A DNA stretch of 64,000 nt, taken from NCBI RefSeq assembly GCF_009914755.1, contig NC_060942.1, one strand, 5' to 3'. This document shows, piece after piece, positions 44,740 to 64,000 of the stretch (the first letter of the stretch is position 1; every line of letters starts with the position of its first letter). Below the pieces are notes generated by a model that saw only the letters and a list, made by a program, of their open reading frames with translations, made no database searches and was not told where the DNA came from. Both the position numbers and the translations under genes were made by a program. The stretch comes from the human T2T-CHM13v2.0 reference genome, Homo sapiens.

Positions 44740-45545
44740 CTTTTTATCTGTGTTGCTACTCCCTCTGCTGCACAGAAGTCATCTTTATTTTGCTGAAACT
44801 CTGACTCCTGTTTCAGTCCATCACCCTCTGATGGATGCCCTCTTCTCCCTGCTTGTGTTGCAGCACACCAGTTCAGGATACACTCTGTCTAAATGCCCTC
44901 CTTATGCCTCTCTGGTTCTGACTCTTCATGTTGGACCATCCTCTCACTTTATACTGTCATATCCCACACCAGGCCACTGCTTTGTGGTCATGTCCTCCTT
45001 ACCCTTTTTCTGGCTCTGACTCTGCCTGCTGGTCTGCTCCCTTGTGTGGATGTCCTCTTTACCCACCTCAGGCTTTGTCATTCCACATCAGACTGCCCGT
45101 TTTTGAGTATAACCCTGCTCTCTGCCTGGGCTCTGATGCTACACATGGGGCTGCCCCGCTGAGTATATGTCCTCATCCTCCTTGAGCTCTAATACCCTGT
45201 TTCAAGTTAACTGTTTGTTGGCTAATCTTCACCAGTACCCACTACCAACTCCTGCATAGATCCGCTCCTCCCCATGCTTGGGCTCTGAATCTCTATGCTC
45301 AGTCACCCCAGTCCTCCTGCAAGGACACCCACCTCACCTTACTTTGGTTCTGCCAAATCATGCTAGGCTGCTTCTCCACATGGATGTCCTTCTTCTCTTA
45401 CTTAGGTTCTGACATTGGGCTGGTATTAGACCACCCCGATATGTGGATGCCCTTGTCAGCCAAGGGATGCTTGAGCCCCAACATCCCACCCCAGGAAACT
45501 CTTCTGTACAGATGCTCTCTTTATCCCCCTCAGATTCTGACTCTG
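44740..45545. repeat. degenerate ~58-bp-period tandem array
   Basis: Recurring ggatgYcctcYtYacccY...ggYtctgac units, spacing mostly 56-59 nt. Confidence 0.7.
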
Positions 45546-46180
45546 CTTGTCATTATGGTCTTAGAATTGTTCAGGAGGAAAAGGAAAGTGGAAAATAAAT
45601 TTAAAAAAAAGGAGTGAAAGTTCAAATTTCAGATGAGAAAAAAGTGATCTCTTTGAGTAAAGACATTAAGTGTATTTCCTTGTTAATGAACAAACACATT
45701 ATATTTATATACTTTTTTCCCAATTATATCATATAAAATAAGACAAACCCTCTGCTTCTTTTGTCTTCTGCCTATCTTGCCTGATATATTGCATTTTTAA
45801 TCAGTCAACTTTTGGATAAATAGAGAATAATAAAAAAGTATTAATAGAGAATGACTAGGAGGCTGAAGTTTTAAAAGTTGTTTTGATTTACATCTTTTCA
45901 GAAAATAATAGCTGTGAGGCATGAAAGATGTTTAATTTATATTAAAGGTCAAACCAAGTGGGAGAAAAATGTCAGAAGATTTAGAAAAACTTATATATTC
46001 CTATGACATATTCAAGTATAGCATACTTAAAGAGTTTCAACTGTTGTGCACATCCACTAACACTATTTTGGAGAAGTCACTCAGAGTGCTTGGTACCCAA
46101 CACTGTCATATGACAAGCATATTTTCAGAAGGATATAATATTCATCAGCTCTCAACACAACATATAAAACAAATAACATG

Positions 46181-46632
46181 TGATATAGTTTGGATATTTG
46201 TCCCTTCCCAAATCTCATGTTGAAATGTGATCCCCAGCGTTGGAGGTGTGTCCTGGTGGGAGGTGATTGGATCATGGGGGTGGATTTCTTATGAATGGCT
46301 TAACACCATCCTCTTTGTGCTATTCTTGTGATAGTGAGTTCACTATTCTCACTATCATGAGAAATGAATGGTTTAGCTTTTAAACAACAACAGAATCTCA
46401 TTGTTTAAAAGTATATGGCACCTCCCCCACCATCTTGCTCCTGCTTTCACCATGTGAAGTGCCAGTTTGCCTTCTGCTGTGGGTAAAAGCTTTCTGAGGC
46501 CTCCCCAGAAGCAGATGCCAGCACTGTATTTTCTGTACAGCCTGCAGAACCAGGAGCCAATGACACCTCTTTTCTTATACATTACCTAGTCTCAGGTATT
46601 TCTTCATAGCAACGCCAGAATGGCCTAATACA
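46181..46632 (+). mobile_element. MST (MSTA-like) MaLR solo LTR
   Basis: tgatatagtttggat...ctaataca; near 5-bp TSD acatg/gcatg. Confidence 0.88.
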
Positions 46633-47269
46633 GCATGTTTTTCAATTACAGAGTGACATGCAGCATAAAGTCAAAGCAAAAACTATAACTTCTTTTTAAT
46701 GGTGTGGTTGAAGTTTAAAGCATTCTTACAAGAGCATGGCCAAGAGTGGCTTTCATGTATCTTGGAGGGTTTAATTGAAGTCTTCTCTGTGAGGTCCTCT
46801 TTAGTTAGTATTTTTATGGGTACAATGTATGAAAGAACAGTAAAGATGCCTATATAAATGTGAATAAAAGTGAAAATAAAAGTGAATAAAAGATATAAAT
46901 AAATTTTAGAATTGGTATACTAGACGGAACAATTGATGCATTCAAACAGGGTGAAAGACAGTAGTAACAAGCTCAGCATATTATGTGTCTAAGAATAAAA
47001 ACAAATTAGAAATTTATGTTAAAGAAAGACTTACTGGTTAGGCCCCATAGACTAAAATAAAGAAATCTCTGGTTCATAATTAAATTTAACTTTAATGTGA
47101 TTCAGCCATTTGCGCCACTTGACAAGAAAACAGATTAAAGTGCCTGATAGGGTTTTCAGTAATCTATGGATGTCTCCTTAATAATCTGTATATGCTCAGG
47201 AAACTTTTTTGCTTGTTTTAGCCATGCTAATAAAAGAAGAGAATACGAATGTGAGTCTGAATTTATGGG

Positions 47270-47530
47270 CTAATGAAAGACAGAAGCCACAAAGAGAAAT
47301 TAGGGGTATAGTGAATTATTTAGCTTGTAGAAGAGAGTGCTAAGGGATGAGTTGATATATGGGTTTAAAGTAAATGAAGGGGTTTCCCTGAGGTGTCCAG
47401 AATTGATTTACATTTGCAGAAGGATAAGTGGAATATTGATTGATCTTTCTAGGAGGTATTAGGATAGAAAGAATTCTTTTTGTACAAGATTGCAAAATTA
47501 AGTGACCTCAGAAGGTCTTTTTCAATAAAA
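47270..47530 (+). mobile_element. L3/CR1 remnant
   Basis: tttagcttgtagaagagagtgctaaggga...tttaaagtaaatgaaggg resembles the CR1 3' ORF2 motif. Confidence 0.45.
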
Positions 47531-48516
47531 TTAATGAATTGTTTGCATAGCTGGGGAAAGCAGTGTCATTTTTGAAGACTTGAAAAATGAATGGCTTTGC
47601 AAAATACTATAGTTTGTGCTGAAAGACGCTGATAATTCTCTATACATGCATTTGCATTTTGTTACTGAGACTTTTTAAGATAGGGAGAGGTACCATAGAC
47701 TACCGCACAGATTGTACTGTAGACCTGGTCTTTAAAGGAAAAAAGTTTCAAAGTTTTAGAACAATGTTGGCCACAATTGCAATTTTTGATGTATATGAGC
47801 TATGTTCTAAGAAGCCTTAAAAAAACCATCCAGTATTTCATGTCCTAAGCCCATACTGTCAAGTATTGCATTGTTCCCCAGTGAATACTTGGGCACTAAC
47901 TCATTTGAGGACATGGTTCTTTTTTAGACCCAGATACATTGATTTTTCCCAGAGGACAGTTTGCTATTTGTACTTGACATTTCTCAGAAGAAAAATAGAA
48001 AGTGTAGCACCATTACTTTCCCGTTGTAAAATGAATAAATCATTATTATTTTATATTTATTCTGGTCTTTATTTTTTTAAACTGATTGTAACTTTTTTGT
48101 TGAAATTAAATGTACATTGATTGCGTACAATATGAAAATTAGAGGGCCTAATTTTTCAGTGACTCAGGTTTTTTTCTTTCTTTTTTTTTTTTGTCTTCCC
48201 ACCAGAAGCCTTTATGGATTTTGTTTGGGGTCAAGGGAGTAGTATACAATACTGTTTATAATGGATTACATAGAAAATTTTAAGAAAAGGAACCTTGAAT
48301 TTGTTTTAGGTAGAAAGGCATTCTCTGAATTTTAGTGGAATTTACACTATAGGCAGTATGCCAAAATCCATTTTCAGGTGGTTGTTCTGAGCTCTGTATC
48401 AAAAGAATATCTTTTGAGTAACTAGTGTACACTTAACAATATTTCTTCTGGTTCTAACCAGACCCTACCTCCTAAAAGAAGTTCGTTTTCTATAGCATTT
48501 TTTTCTTTTGCATAGT

Positions 48517-48686
48517 ATGTGGATAATTTCCTGTGACCTTGCTAGATCTACTCAGAATTATGCTTGGGTCAAATTTTGGTTATGAAAAGCTGAAAGGCTG
48601 TACATGTGGATAATTTCCTGTGACCTTGCTAGATCTACTCAGAATTATGCTTGAGTCAAATTTTGGTTATGAAAAGCTGAAAGGCT
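48517..48686. repeat. 83-bp tandem duplication (1 mismatch)
   Basis: 48517-48599 and 48604-48686. Confidence 0.95.
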
Positions 48687-48968
48687 ACCACTACAGGTAC
48701 ATGTGATATGCAAGTGTATGCTATAGCTATTCTCAGGCAGTTTTCATGTTCATGTGCATATTTTTCTCTTTACTTTTTATATGCCTGTTGTAGTGAATTT
48801 AGGCTTCTTAGACCTGAAATGAACAGAAGAAAGGAAGTATCACTGAGCTAAGGGAAGGGAGAAGAGGTAACCAGAAATATATATATGGCAATTATTTAGG
48901 TTACTGCCTCAAAATTGGAACTGTGGCTTGAATTTAGGACATTTGAGAATTGAGTATTCTCAGGTTAG

Positions 48969-49284
<316 letters not shown>

Positions 49285-50033
49285 TGAAAGTGTTATTCTT
49301 ATCATATAAATTTTCAGGTTTTGATTGAAAAACAATTAGTGATCCTTTGCTCTGTGATCTGATGTTTCAAAGCATTTTGGAAGAGATGATCAGTTTTTGT
49401 CAAGTAATACTGAATTTGTTTTGGTAGTTTTTAGAGTAATTGATTAATCTAAGATACTGGTATACCCTTGAGTGATATTTTACGTTAGCTCTTGAAGAGG
49501 CCAAAACATTGCATCTTTATTCATTCTAAAATATAACTTTTCTAATTTTAATTTACTTATGGTAATATAAATATTAAAATTATTCCATTAAAAAATAAAG
49601 CTAAAATAGTAGCAGATGAAGTAAAATTCCTCTTTGACAATCCATCCCTTCCTGTCCTCCCATAGATATGCTGCGTATGTTTGGGTGGGATTTATTTCTT
49701 TTTAACTTTTTATTTGAAGTAATTTAGAACTTACGGAAAGGTTTGCCCAGCTTTGCATACATTTTGCATTACAGAAGTACAGTGATCAAAACTAAGAAAT
49801 TAACATTGGTGCAGTATTATTAACTAAACTCATATCTCACCAATGTCATTTCACTAATATCACTTTTTTCATTCAATAGTCAATTCAAGATCTCAAGTTG
49901 TATTTAGTTGTCACATCCCCTTAGTCTTCTTCAATTCAGTCTTTCATAACCTTGACACGTATGTGTTTTGTAGAATGTTCTTTAATACAGATTTGTGTGT
50001 TTTCTCTTGATTCAATTCAAATGGGTGTTAGAA

Positions 50034-50430
50034 TGCCCAAGGGGCTCCCCACTCTTACCTGCCCACATTTGGCCTCCACCAAGCTGAAATCGTCTAACCC
50101 ATTTCCAGCTGTGGCTGCCCCAGGTTAGCTGGGGCTCACACCTGTATTTTCCCGTCAACATGAGTCTCCTTAGATTTCTGGTTGGTTGGTTGCCCTTCAA
50201 CCTTAGCTCTCAATTGGAAATTGAGAAGGAATATCTGGCCCACGTGAAGGGAAGTTATGCCTAGAGGAATTTGAAACCTACAGTGCACTGTGGATAACTT
50301 ACATCAACATTATACCTCACATCAGCCTAATATCTGTTAGAGTAACTCAACTCCTACACTAAAAATCTAGCCAAAGGAAAAGTCTGCTCGCTATCAAGTA
50401 TGGAAATTAATTTACTTCCATCTCTACTTC
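50034..50430. repeat. composite local duplication (inverted copy of 50850-51024 + direct copy of 51572-51780)
   Basis: Visual alignment; the ORF track shows paralogous peptides at 50012-50200(-) and 50861-51085(+). Confidence 0.92.
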
Positions 50431-50799
50431 AGATGATGCATTTTTTGGCAAGAAAACAACAGAAGTGATGTGTCTTTTCAATAGGTCATATCAGGGGCTA
50501 CCTGAAATTGACATGCCTTTTTGCTGATGATGTTAAACTTGATTACCTGATTAAGGGGGTGTCTGCAGGTTTCTCCACTGTGAAATTATTTTTCTTTAAT
50601 TAATATAGTTCTATTGATTATAATCTAATACTGTTATTTATTTTGTTGCTAAAATTGTTCCAGCCTTGGAAATAAGAAATGTTGGGAACATAAGAGTGAA
50701 AACAAATGAATATGTAAGCAAGTAGGTAGGTATGTGTAAATAATTATGTAGGTATGTCTAAGTGACAGTAAAGAACATTGCTGCCAGTATTACAATTTA

Positions 50800-51940
50800 A
50801 AAAGAAGGTGGAAGAGACCGCAAGCCTAGGACATTTCTTGAAACTGACAGAGAGCTAAGGTTGAAGGGCAACCAACCAAGCAGAAATCTAAGGAGACTTA
50901 TGCTGATAGGGAAAGACAGGTGTGAGTCCCAGCTAAACTGCAGCAGACACAGCTGGAAATGGGTAAGATTTCAGCTTGATGGAGGCCACATGTGGGCAGG
51001 TAAGAGTGGAGGGCCCCTTGGGCAGCAAATATGGGAGAGCTTGAAGTCTCTTGCAGGCTTTTTCTTCTTAGGCCCCACTTGGTGAGAGCCCTGATCAAGC
51101 ATCAATCTTGCTCGATGCCTGGGGGAAGGAAACAGTAGTTGCCATGGAAAAGAAACAAAGTTCCTGGGTCCTTCTCCTCTATCTTCCCTGTGTAACAAAA
51201 AACATAGTTTCAGGAAGAGGAGCAACATAAACTATTATCCTTAGGATACTCGTAAAAATCACTGGGTGGTGCTGGGGCTGGGTCCAGGTGGTGAGGAGGG
51301 TCCAGGGGGAGGCAAAAAATAACCTGTGGGGAGGGCAGAGTTATATGCTGGTCCAAGAACTATGGAAGAGGAACAGGAGCACTTCTAAGACCCTAGGCAT
51401 ATGAGTCTGATTAGCACAGGCCTGATTAGAATAACAGAAAATATCACCTCAACCAGGACCCCCACCATCAGACTAACAAGTATCTAGTAAAAGTAGTAGA
51501 TAAATACTGATGAGAAACTCATTAGATGGACCCTCTAAGAGGAAACTCATAAAGCTGAACATGAAGCAGACATTGAGAAGGAATATCTGGCCCACCTGAA
51601 GGGAAGTTATGCCTGAAGGAATTTGAAACCTGTGGTGCACTGTGGGTAACTATGGCAACAATAAACCTCAAACCAGCCTAACATTTGTTAAAGTAACACA
51701 ACTCCTACACTAAAAACCAAGCCAAAGGAAAAGTCTGCCCATTACCAAGAATAGAAATTATTTACTTCAGTCTCTACTTCCTACCCAAGATGTCCAGATA
51801 GCAATAAAAATATGAGACATATGAAAAGTTAGAGAAAACAACATGCATACAAAGAGAGCAACAGACACCGGTGCAGTTATGGCATAGATGTTGAAACAAT
51901 CTGATGAGGAATTTAAAATAACTGATTAATATGCTAAAAT
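50800..51940 (+). mobile_element. old L1M 5' region, sense orientation
   Basis: cagtctctacttcctacccaagatgtcc... and gaatttaaaataactgattaatatgctaaa ORF1-proximal motifs. Confidence 0.5.
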
Positions 51941-52733
51941 CTGTATTAGTTATTTATGGTGGCCTAATACATTATCACAAAATTTAGCAACTTAAAACCC
52001 CGGTAAGCTTCCTGGAGGCCCTATTGTTTGATTGAAAGGTTTTGTGAGGCCCAACTTTAATAACTTTAAAGTGCCTTTTGTGTGACTGTATTGAAGCATC
52101 AACTTTGATCTTTCTGAGGTCTTAATGAAAGATTCATCCTTGCTTTTATCTCTAGAGCATGTTTTTCCAGGTATTCTTCCAGATTTGGAATTTTCTCAGA
52201 AGACATTTCTTAATTTTAGCATGTTTTTCGCTATGGGCAGGCTGAGTATGAAGTCCTGGCTCATTTTGGTTTAATAATCTTTCCTTCAATTTCTCTCTTT
52301 CTTCTCCCAGTTTACTATAAGCACCAAAAAGAAACCAGGTGGCATCTTCAGCAGGTACTTGGAAATCTCCTTAAGTAAATCAGTCACCCAGATCATTTGG
52401 CATATTTCCTACTCTACACATTATTAAACATGATAGTGTTGGTAAACATTGTGCTACCACATGCAATGATTACCCTTCCTGCAATTTCCAGAAACATGTT
52501 TTCAGGGCCTCTCCTTGTGGTGGCTTACAACATGGCAGCTGGCTTCCATCAGAATGAGCAAGAGTAAACAAGACAGTAGTCCCTATCTTTTTGTAAACTA
52601 AGCTGAGATGTGACATCTCATCAATTTTGAGAGTCACTAGATCAAAGCTATACTTGAGGATAGGGTATTAAAGAAGGACATGAATACCAGGAAACAGGGA
52701 TCACTGGTTTGTATTGTAGAGGTTACCTACCAC
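51941..52733 (-). mobile_element. MLT1 (F-like) LTR pieces with MaLR-internal-like sequence
   Basis: tgtattagttat...aaaatttagcaacttaaaa and acaacatggcagctggcttcc...ctaccaca. Confidence 0.5.
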
Positions 52734-52799
52734 AATAACTGATTTTCCTTAATTTGCTTGTTTTAATATATTTTCTGTAGATTCCCCAATTTTTAAAAC

Positions 52800-59596
<6,797 letters not shown>

Positions 59597-59599
59597 GAG

Positions 59600-61240
59600 A
59601 TTTCTTAATATTTTCTGTATACAATCATGTCACCAGCACATAAAAATTTTACTTTTTCTTGGTCTGTAGGCATTTTATTTTCTTGTGTTATTGCACTGGC
59701 TATGACGTCCAGTCAATAATGAACAGAGGGGATATAGTAATAGCTGACATTTTTGCCTTATTCCTGAAGTGCAAAGGTAGGGAGGGACAAATTTTTTTTT
59801 TTACCCTCAGACATATGTTAACTGTAGGATTTTTTTTAAAAAAAGATTCTTTTTATTAGATTGAGGTAGTTTCTCCTGTTCCTAGGTTGTTGAGTTTTTA
59901 TTGTAAATAGATTGAATTTTGACAAATGCCTTTTCTGCTATTATAGATGAGCATATGAGATTTGTCCTTTATTCTGTTAACATAGTGAAATACATAAGTT
60001 AATTTTCAACTGTTAATCAAATCTTGCCTTCCTGGAGTAAACCCACGTTAGACATATTATCTTTTTATATATCTGGATTCATCTTGTGAATTGTTTTTTA
60101 GAATTTTTTTCAGCTATACTTATCAGATAGATTGGATTATAGTTTTTGTTTTTCATAATACCCTTGTCAAATTTTGGTATCAAGGTATGGCTGCATTATA
60201 AAATGAGTATCTATGAACTAAAAGTGATAACCAGTAAGTATTAGAAAGTTAACTTGTTTTTTTTTTTTTTGGTTGCCAGTTTAAGCATGTAAATAATCAA
60301 ATATCTGATCAGCTTTAAGTACTGTGTATCATACTATCTCTTATCCTTTGTTTCTTGAAAAATGGGTTTTATTCTTCGAGTTTTTAAAACAGTGTGTACT
60401 TTTATAAGTTTTCTTTATATCTAATCTTTTTTCTGCATTTACATTCATTTTTGTTATTTCCATTTTTAATATCGAATCTACCCTATTCATTGTATAGAAA
60501 TTTATGCATTTCACTTTTCATCTAAAAATTCTTATTTCACTTGGAGTTTTTAACTACTTAAACTTTACTTAAAAAGAAAGAAGAAGGTCATTCCTTAGTA
60601 GGAATAAAATATATAATTCCATTTTTTAAACAGCGTATTCACAGTTGTGTACTCATCACCCCAATCAGTTTTAGTATGTTTTCATCACACCAAAATGAAG
60701 CCCTATATGCATTAGCACTCACTGCCCACTTCCCACCAATCCTTCCTAGCCCCAGACAACCACTGCTCTAATTTCTTTCTCAATGGATTTGCCCATTCTA
60801 GATATCTCATAAAAATGGAATCATATATGTGATCTTTTGAAACCAGTTTTTAAAACTCAGCATAGTGATTTCAAGGTTTATTCATATGGTAGGTATCATG
60901 TATTACTACCTAATTTCTCTTTATTGCTGAATAACTTTCCATTGTATAGACACATTTTGGTTATCTATTCATCCATTGATAGATGTCAGGTTGTTGTACT
61001 TTTATTGTGGATAATACTGCTGTGAACCTACATGTACAAGTTTTTATGTGGACATATGTTTTCATTTCTCTTGAGTATCTATGAGTAGAATTGCTGGGTT
61101 GTATGGTAACTCTGTGTTTAACTTTTTGAAGAACTGCCAGACTTGAAGTGATTGTGCCATTTTACATTCCTACTAAGCACTGTACAAGGGTTTTCGTTTT
61201 TCTGCAGCTTTGTCAACATTTGTTATTATCTGTCTTTTTT
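59600..61240 (-). mobile_element. old L1M fragments
   Basis: Antisense ORF2 remnant (59600-60205) and L1MB-like 3' end (60625-61240). Confidence 0.7.
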
Positions 61241-61247
61241 ATTAACA

Positions 61248-61371
61248 GTTTAAAACTTAAGAATTATTTATTTCTGCTACTTGCCATTTAATGTTTTTGG
61301 ACCACTGTTGACATCAGGTAACAGAAACCATAGAAAGTGAAACTATGGAGAAGTGAGGACTAACTATTGTA
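61248..61371 (+). mobile_element. MER44/Tigger7-like 3' terminal fragment
   Basis: tttaaaacttaagaatt...ggtaacagaaaccatagaaagtgaaac...ggact. Confidence 0.6.
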
Positions 61372-62319
61372 CTTTAAAATGAGATACAGAATTAGGTCTT
61401 TTTATTTTACTTTGTGGTCTGAGAATACTTAGATGAAAAATATAGACCATGATACCCAATATTTTCTTGTTACATATACTTCATTGGAAATACTGTTGAA
61501 CGTAAGAAGACAGATTTCATAATGAATATCAAATCTTGAGGTTGCTTTATTGGCAGGTCTTCTGCATTTAAAATCTATATTAATATACTTGCTCATATTA
61601 AGTATGCTAATGGACCACAAAGAAGCCATGCATATCTTTAGATAGGCCTATCGAAAAAATGTTGCTCTTTGTTCTTAATACAGTTTGTTAATTTTGTAGC
61701 CTTCCAGGGCTTAATAATTGCTAAAGGATAGTCAAATCATAGCAGCATAACAGAAAAGATTAAAAAGAAAAAGCCCTGCTTAATAATGTAGCAACAAATA
61801 TTTCAAACATACCCCAGAAACTAAATTTAGAAAAGAATCATTTTATCTGGATAGAATACATTTTGGGAAAAGCTCATCACAGACTCTGACATTATGGAAT
61901 ATCTGACCTGGTTGGGCTCTAGAGATAATCTGTGCATTTACATTAATGTTAAGGTAAACCTGTGATCTGCTTTTCTGTTACTGTTTTCTATGACCATGGA
62001 GCATTGTTTGTTGAAGAAAAAAATCTTTGGGACATTCTTCATATCTACATATGGCTTTTATGAATGGGATTGAAACTACAGAAAGCCATTTTTTAGATCC
62101 CTTTTGGAAACTCTATACTGAATAAAATTATTGTGATTACTTTTTCCTTTAGTAGGTATTCACTAAATACCTTTTAATAAATAAATGAAAATAAATGTTT
62201 CCATATCTACTTATAGATTTTCTTCTTTCGTCGTGTCTTCAAGATTTTACCATTCTAAACTGGGAGGGATTTTGTTACATATTTTCTTACCTTGACAGTG
62301 TTTATTCTTTCCTCACAAT

Positions 62320-62826
62320 ATGGACTGGGTATCCCTAATACAAACATTCGAAATCTGAAATGCTTCAAAATTTAAAATGTTTTGAGCACTGGCGTGATGC
62401 TAAAAGTGGAAAATTTCACACCACACCATATGTGACAGGTCACAGTCAGTCAAAACACAGGCATACAGCACACAGTTTATTTAGTGTACCTCCACAAGGG
62501 AAAAAAGACCCTCCCAAAACACCTGTAGCTGTGATAGAGCATTTTTGAGCATGCCCAAATTCTCCTATGCCAGCAATCCTACAAAGGCATCTGAGCAGGC
62601 TGGGCATGCCAACAGCAGGTCCCTCACAGTGTCCCACATGGGAACAAGACCTCCTTGCATTACTCACTGTTTGCTTATTCCATGCTCTGTAAAGATACTG
62701 TTTAAAATGTAAAGAAAAGTCCTGCATCATACCCATAGGGTAATGTCGATATTCCCAAATTGGAAACTGTTTGAAATCTGAAACACTTTTGGTCCCAAGC
62801 AGTTTAGATAAGGGCTACTCAACCTA
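62320..62826 (+). mobile_element. Tigger4/Zombi-like DNA transposon deletion derivative
   Basis: gggtatccctaat...gaaatctgaaatgc and tggtcccaagca...gataagggctactcaacct termini. Confidence 0.7.
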
Positions 62827-63071
62827 TATACAACATCACTCATTTCTTTGTTTTATGCATCATCCTACAGATTCATCACTTTGTTTTGCATTTCTGTAGT
62901 CTCATGCCAAATTTCAGGTCTTTATACGTTTTAATATTTCTGTAATCTACTTATTACTCTGTCATCCTATTGGTATGGCTTTTGCCTAAATCATAGTATG
63001 GTATGTCTTGTTCCGTGACCAAATGTTTGGTAACTTTCTTCTTCTTTACAAATGCTTTCCATATTTATAAA

Positions 63072-63080
<9 letters not shown>

Positions 63081-63122
<42 letters not shown>
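63081..63122. repeat. (TA)21 microsatellite
   Basis: Perfect run flanked by gtgtg/cacac-like sequence. Confidence 0.97.
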
Positions 63123-63128
<6 letters not shown>

Positions 63129-64000
63129 GTGTCAAATATTTATGATATAGTGAAAGAAATTCTGGAACTTCAGTGGGAAATAATTTTTAAAATTGTCTAG
63201 TCTAGCCTTTTTTCTTTCTTAGTAAGATTAATAATGCCCAGAGAGATAAGCAGAGTTTGTCAAAGTTACTTTGAAATATGTTATTGCAAGTGGGCTTGAG
63301 AGTAATAACAGGAAAAGGGAAGGCATTGTAAAGAGATAGGAACAAAGGAAGCAGGATAACCTGATAACAGAGTATAAATTCTCTTCATGTGTATGTATTT
63401 GTTTAGTTGTCTGAATTCTTTGTAAATATATCAGTCTTTGAGATTACCCTCTTTGAAAGAAGGGCCTGGGTCCCATTCATGGGCCTAGTGGTATGCTAAA
63501 CATAAATAATATATAGGCCAGGGAAAATGACTTGAATGCTATGATAAGCGAGAAGAAATCACCCTATTTATTGAGCACTACTATGTGCTATATGCTTTGA
63601 CACAAATTATTTCAAAGATAAGATACAATCAACTCTTGAACATTCATGATTCTAATTTTCAGTTATCCTGTTGATTTCAATATCTCTACCAGAGGGCAGG
63701 CAAGAGGAAAACCTATGGGATTCATGTTACGCAGAAATTGCTCTAGTAGAGTAGCGTTCTGAGCAGAAGTAAATTTAGTAGCTCAAAGAAAAGGTTTAGA
63801 TTCCCTGTGGGTTTCACTTACACCTATTCCTGTTATCTTATAGGATAAGTGCATTCTATGAGCTTTGGAGAAATAAGTACCAGTAACAGAGAAATTTGGG
63901 GTTAATGTCTCTGCACACAGAGTAGAATGAAAATAGGATTGTCCCAATATATACTTCAGTGAATTGTAAATAAAGTGTTGGTGTTGTTCATGTTTGTTTG

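Noticed and set aside
51263-51312. G-rich stretch as a G-quadruplex
   Set aside because: Irregular G-tracts with long loops inside an old repeat; weak support

Overview
This is primate (almost certainly human) genomic DNA, not microbial. It contains the head-to-head 5' ends of two genes sharing a CpG-island bidirectional promoter (~7640-8480). TPGS2 (tubulin polyglutamylase complex subunit 2) is on the - strand; only exon 1 is in the window, and 1-7799 is its intron 1. KIAA1328 (hinderin) is on the + strand; coding exons 1-4 are present and intron 4 runs from 23423 off the end. Both genes were recognised from memory of their proteins (I recall the pair at human 18q12.2). The rest is dense interspersed repeat: ~14 Alu/FLAM, large antisense L1M blocks, a near full-length dead L1PA, MaLR/ERV LTRs including a solo LTR3/HML-6 with a 6-bp TSD, and DNA transposons. 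Almost all ORFs in the supplied track are repeat-derived noise. I found no new protein-coding or RNA-gene system. The best leads are: (1) KIAA1328 intron 1 is a GT-AG U12-type minor intron with nested U2-type sites (possible twintron); (2) a perfect 37-bp inverted repeat plus several smaller fold-back template-switch hairpins; (3) a ~400-bp composite insertion copied from two nearby segments, one inverted and one direct; (4) a near-pristine AluYc1-type insertion; (5) an ~58-bp-period degenerate tandem array. Repeat subfamily names come from recall of consensus sequences, and old-repeat boundaries are approximate.
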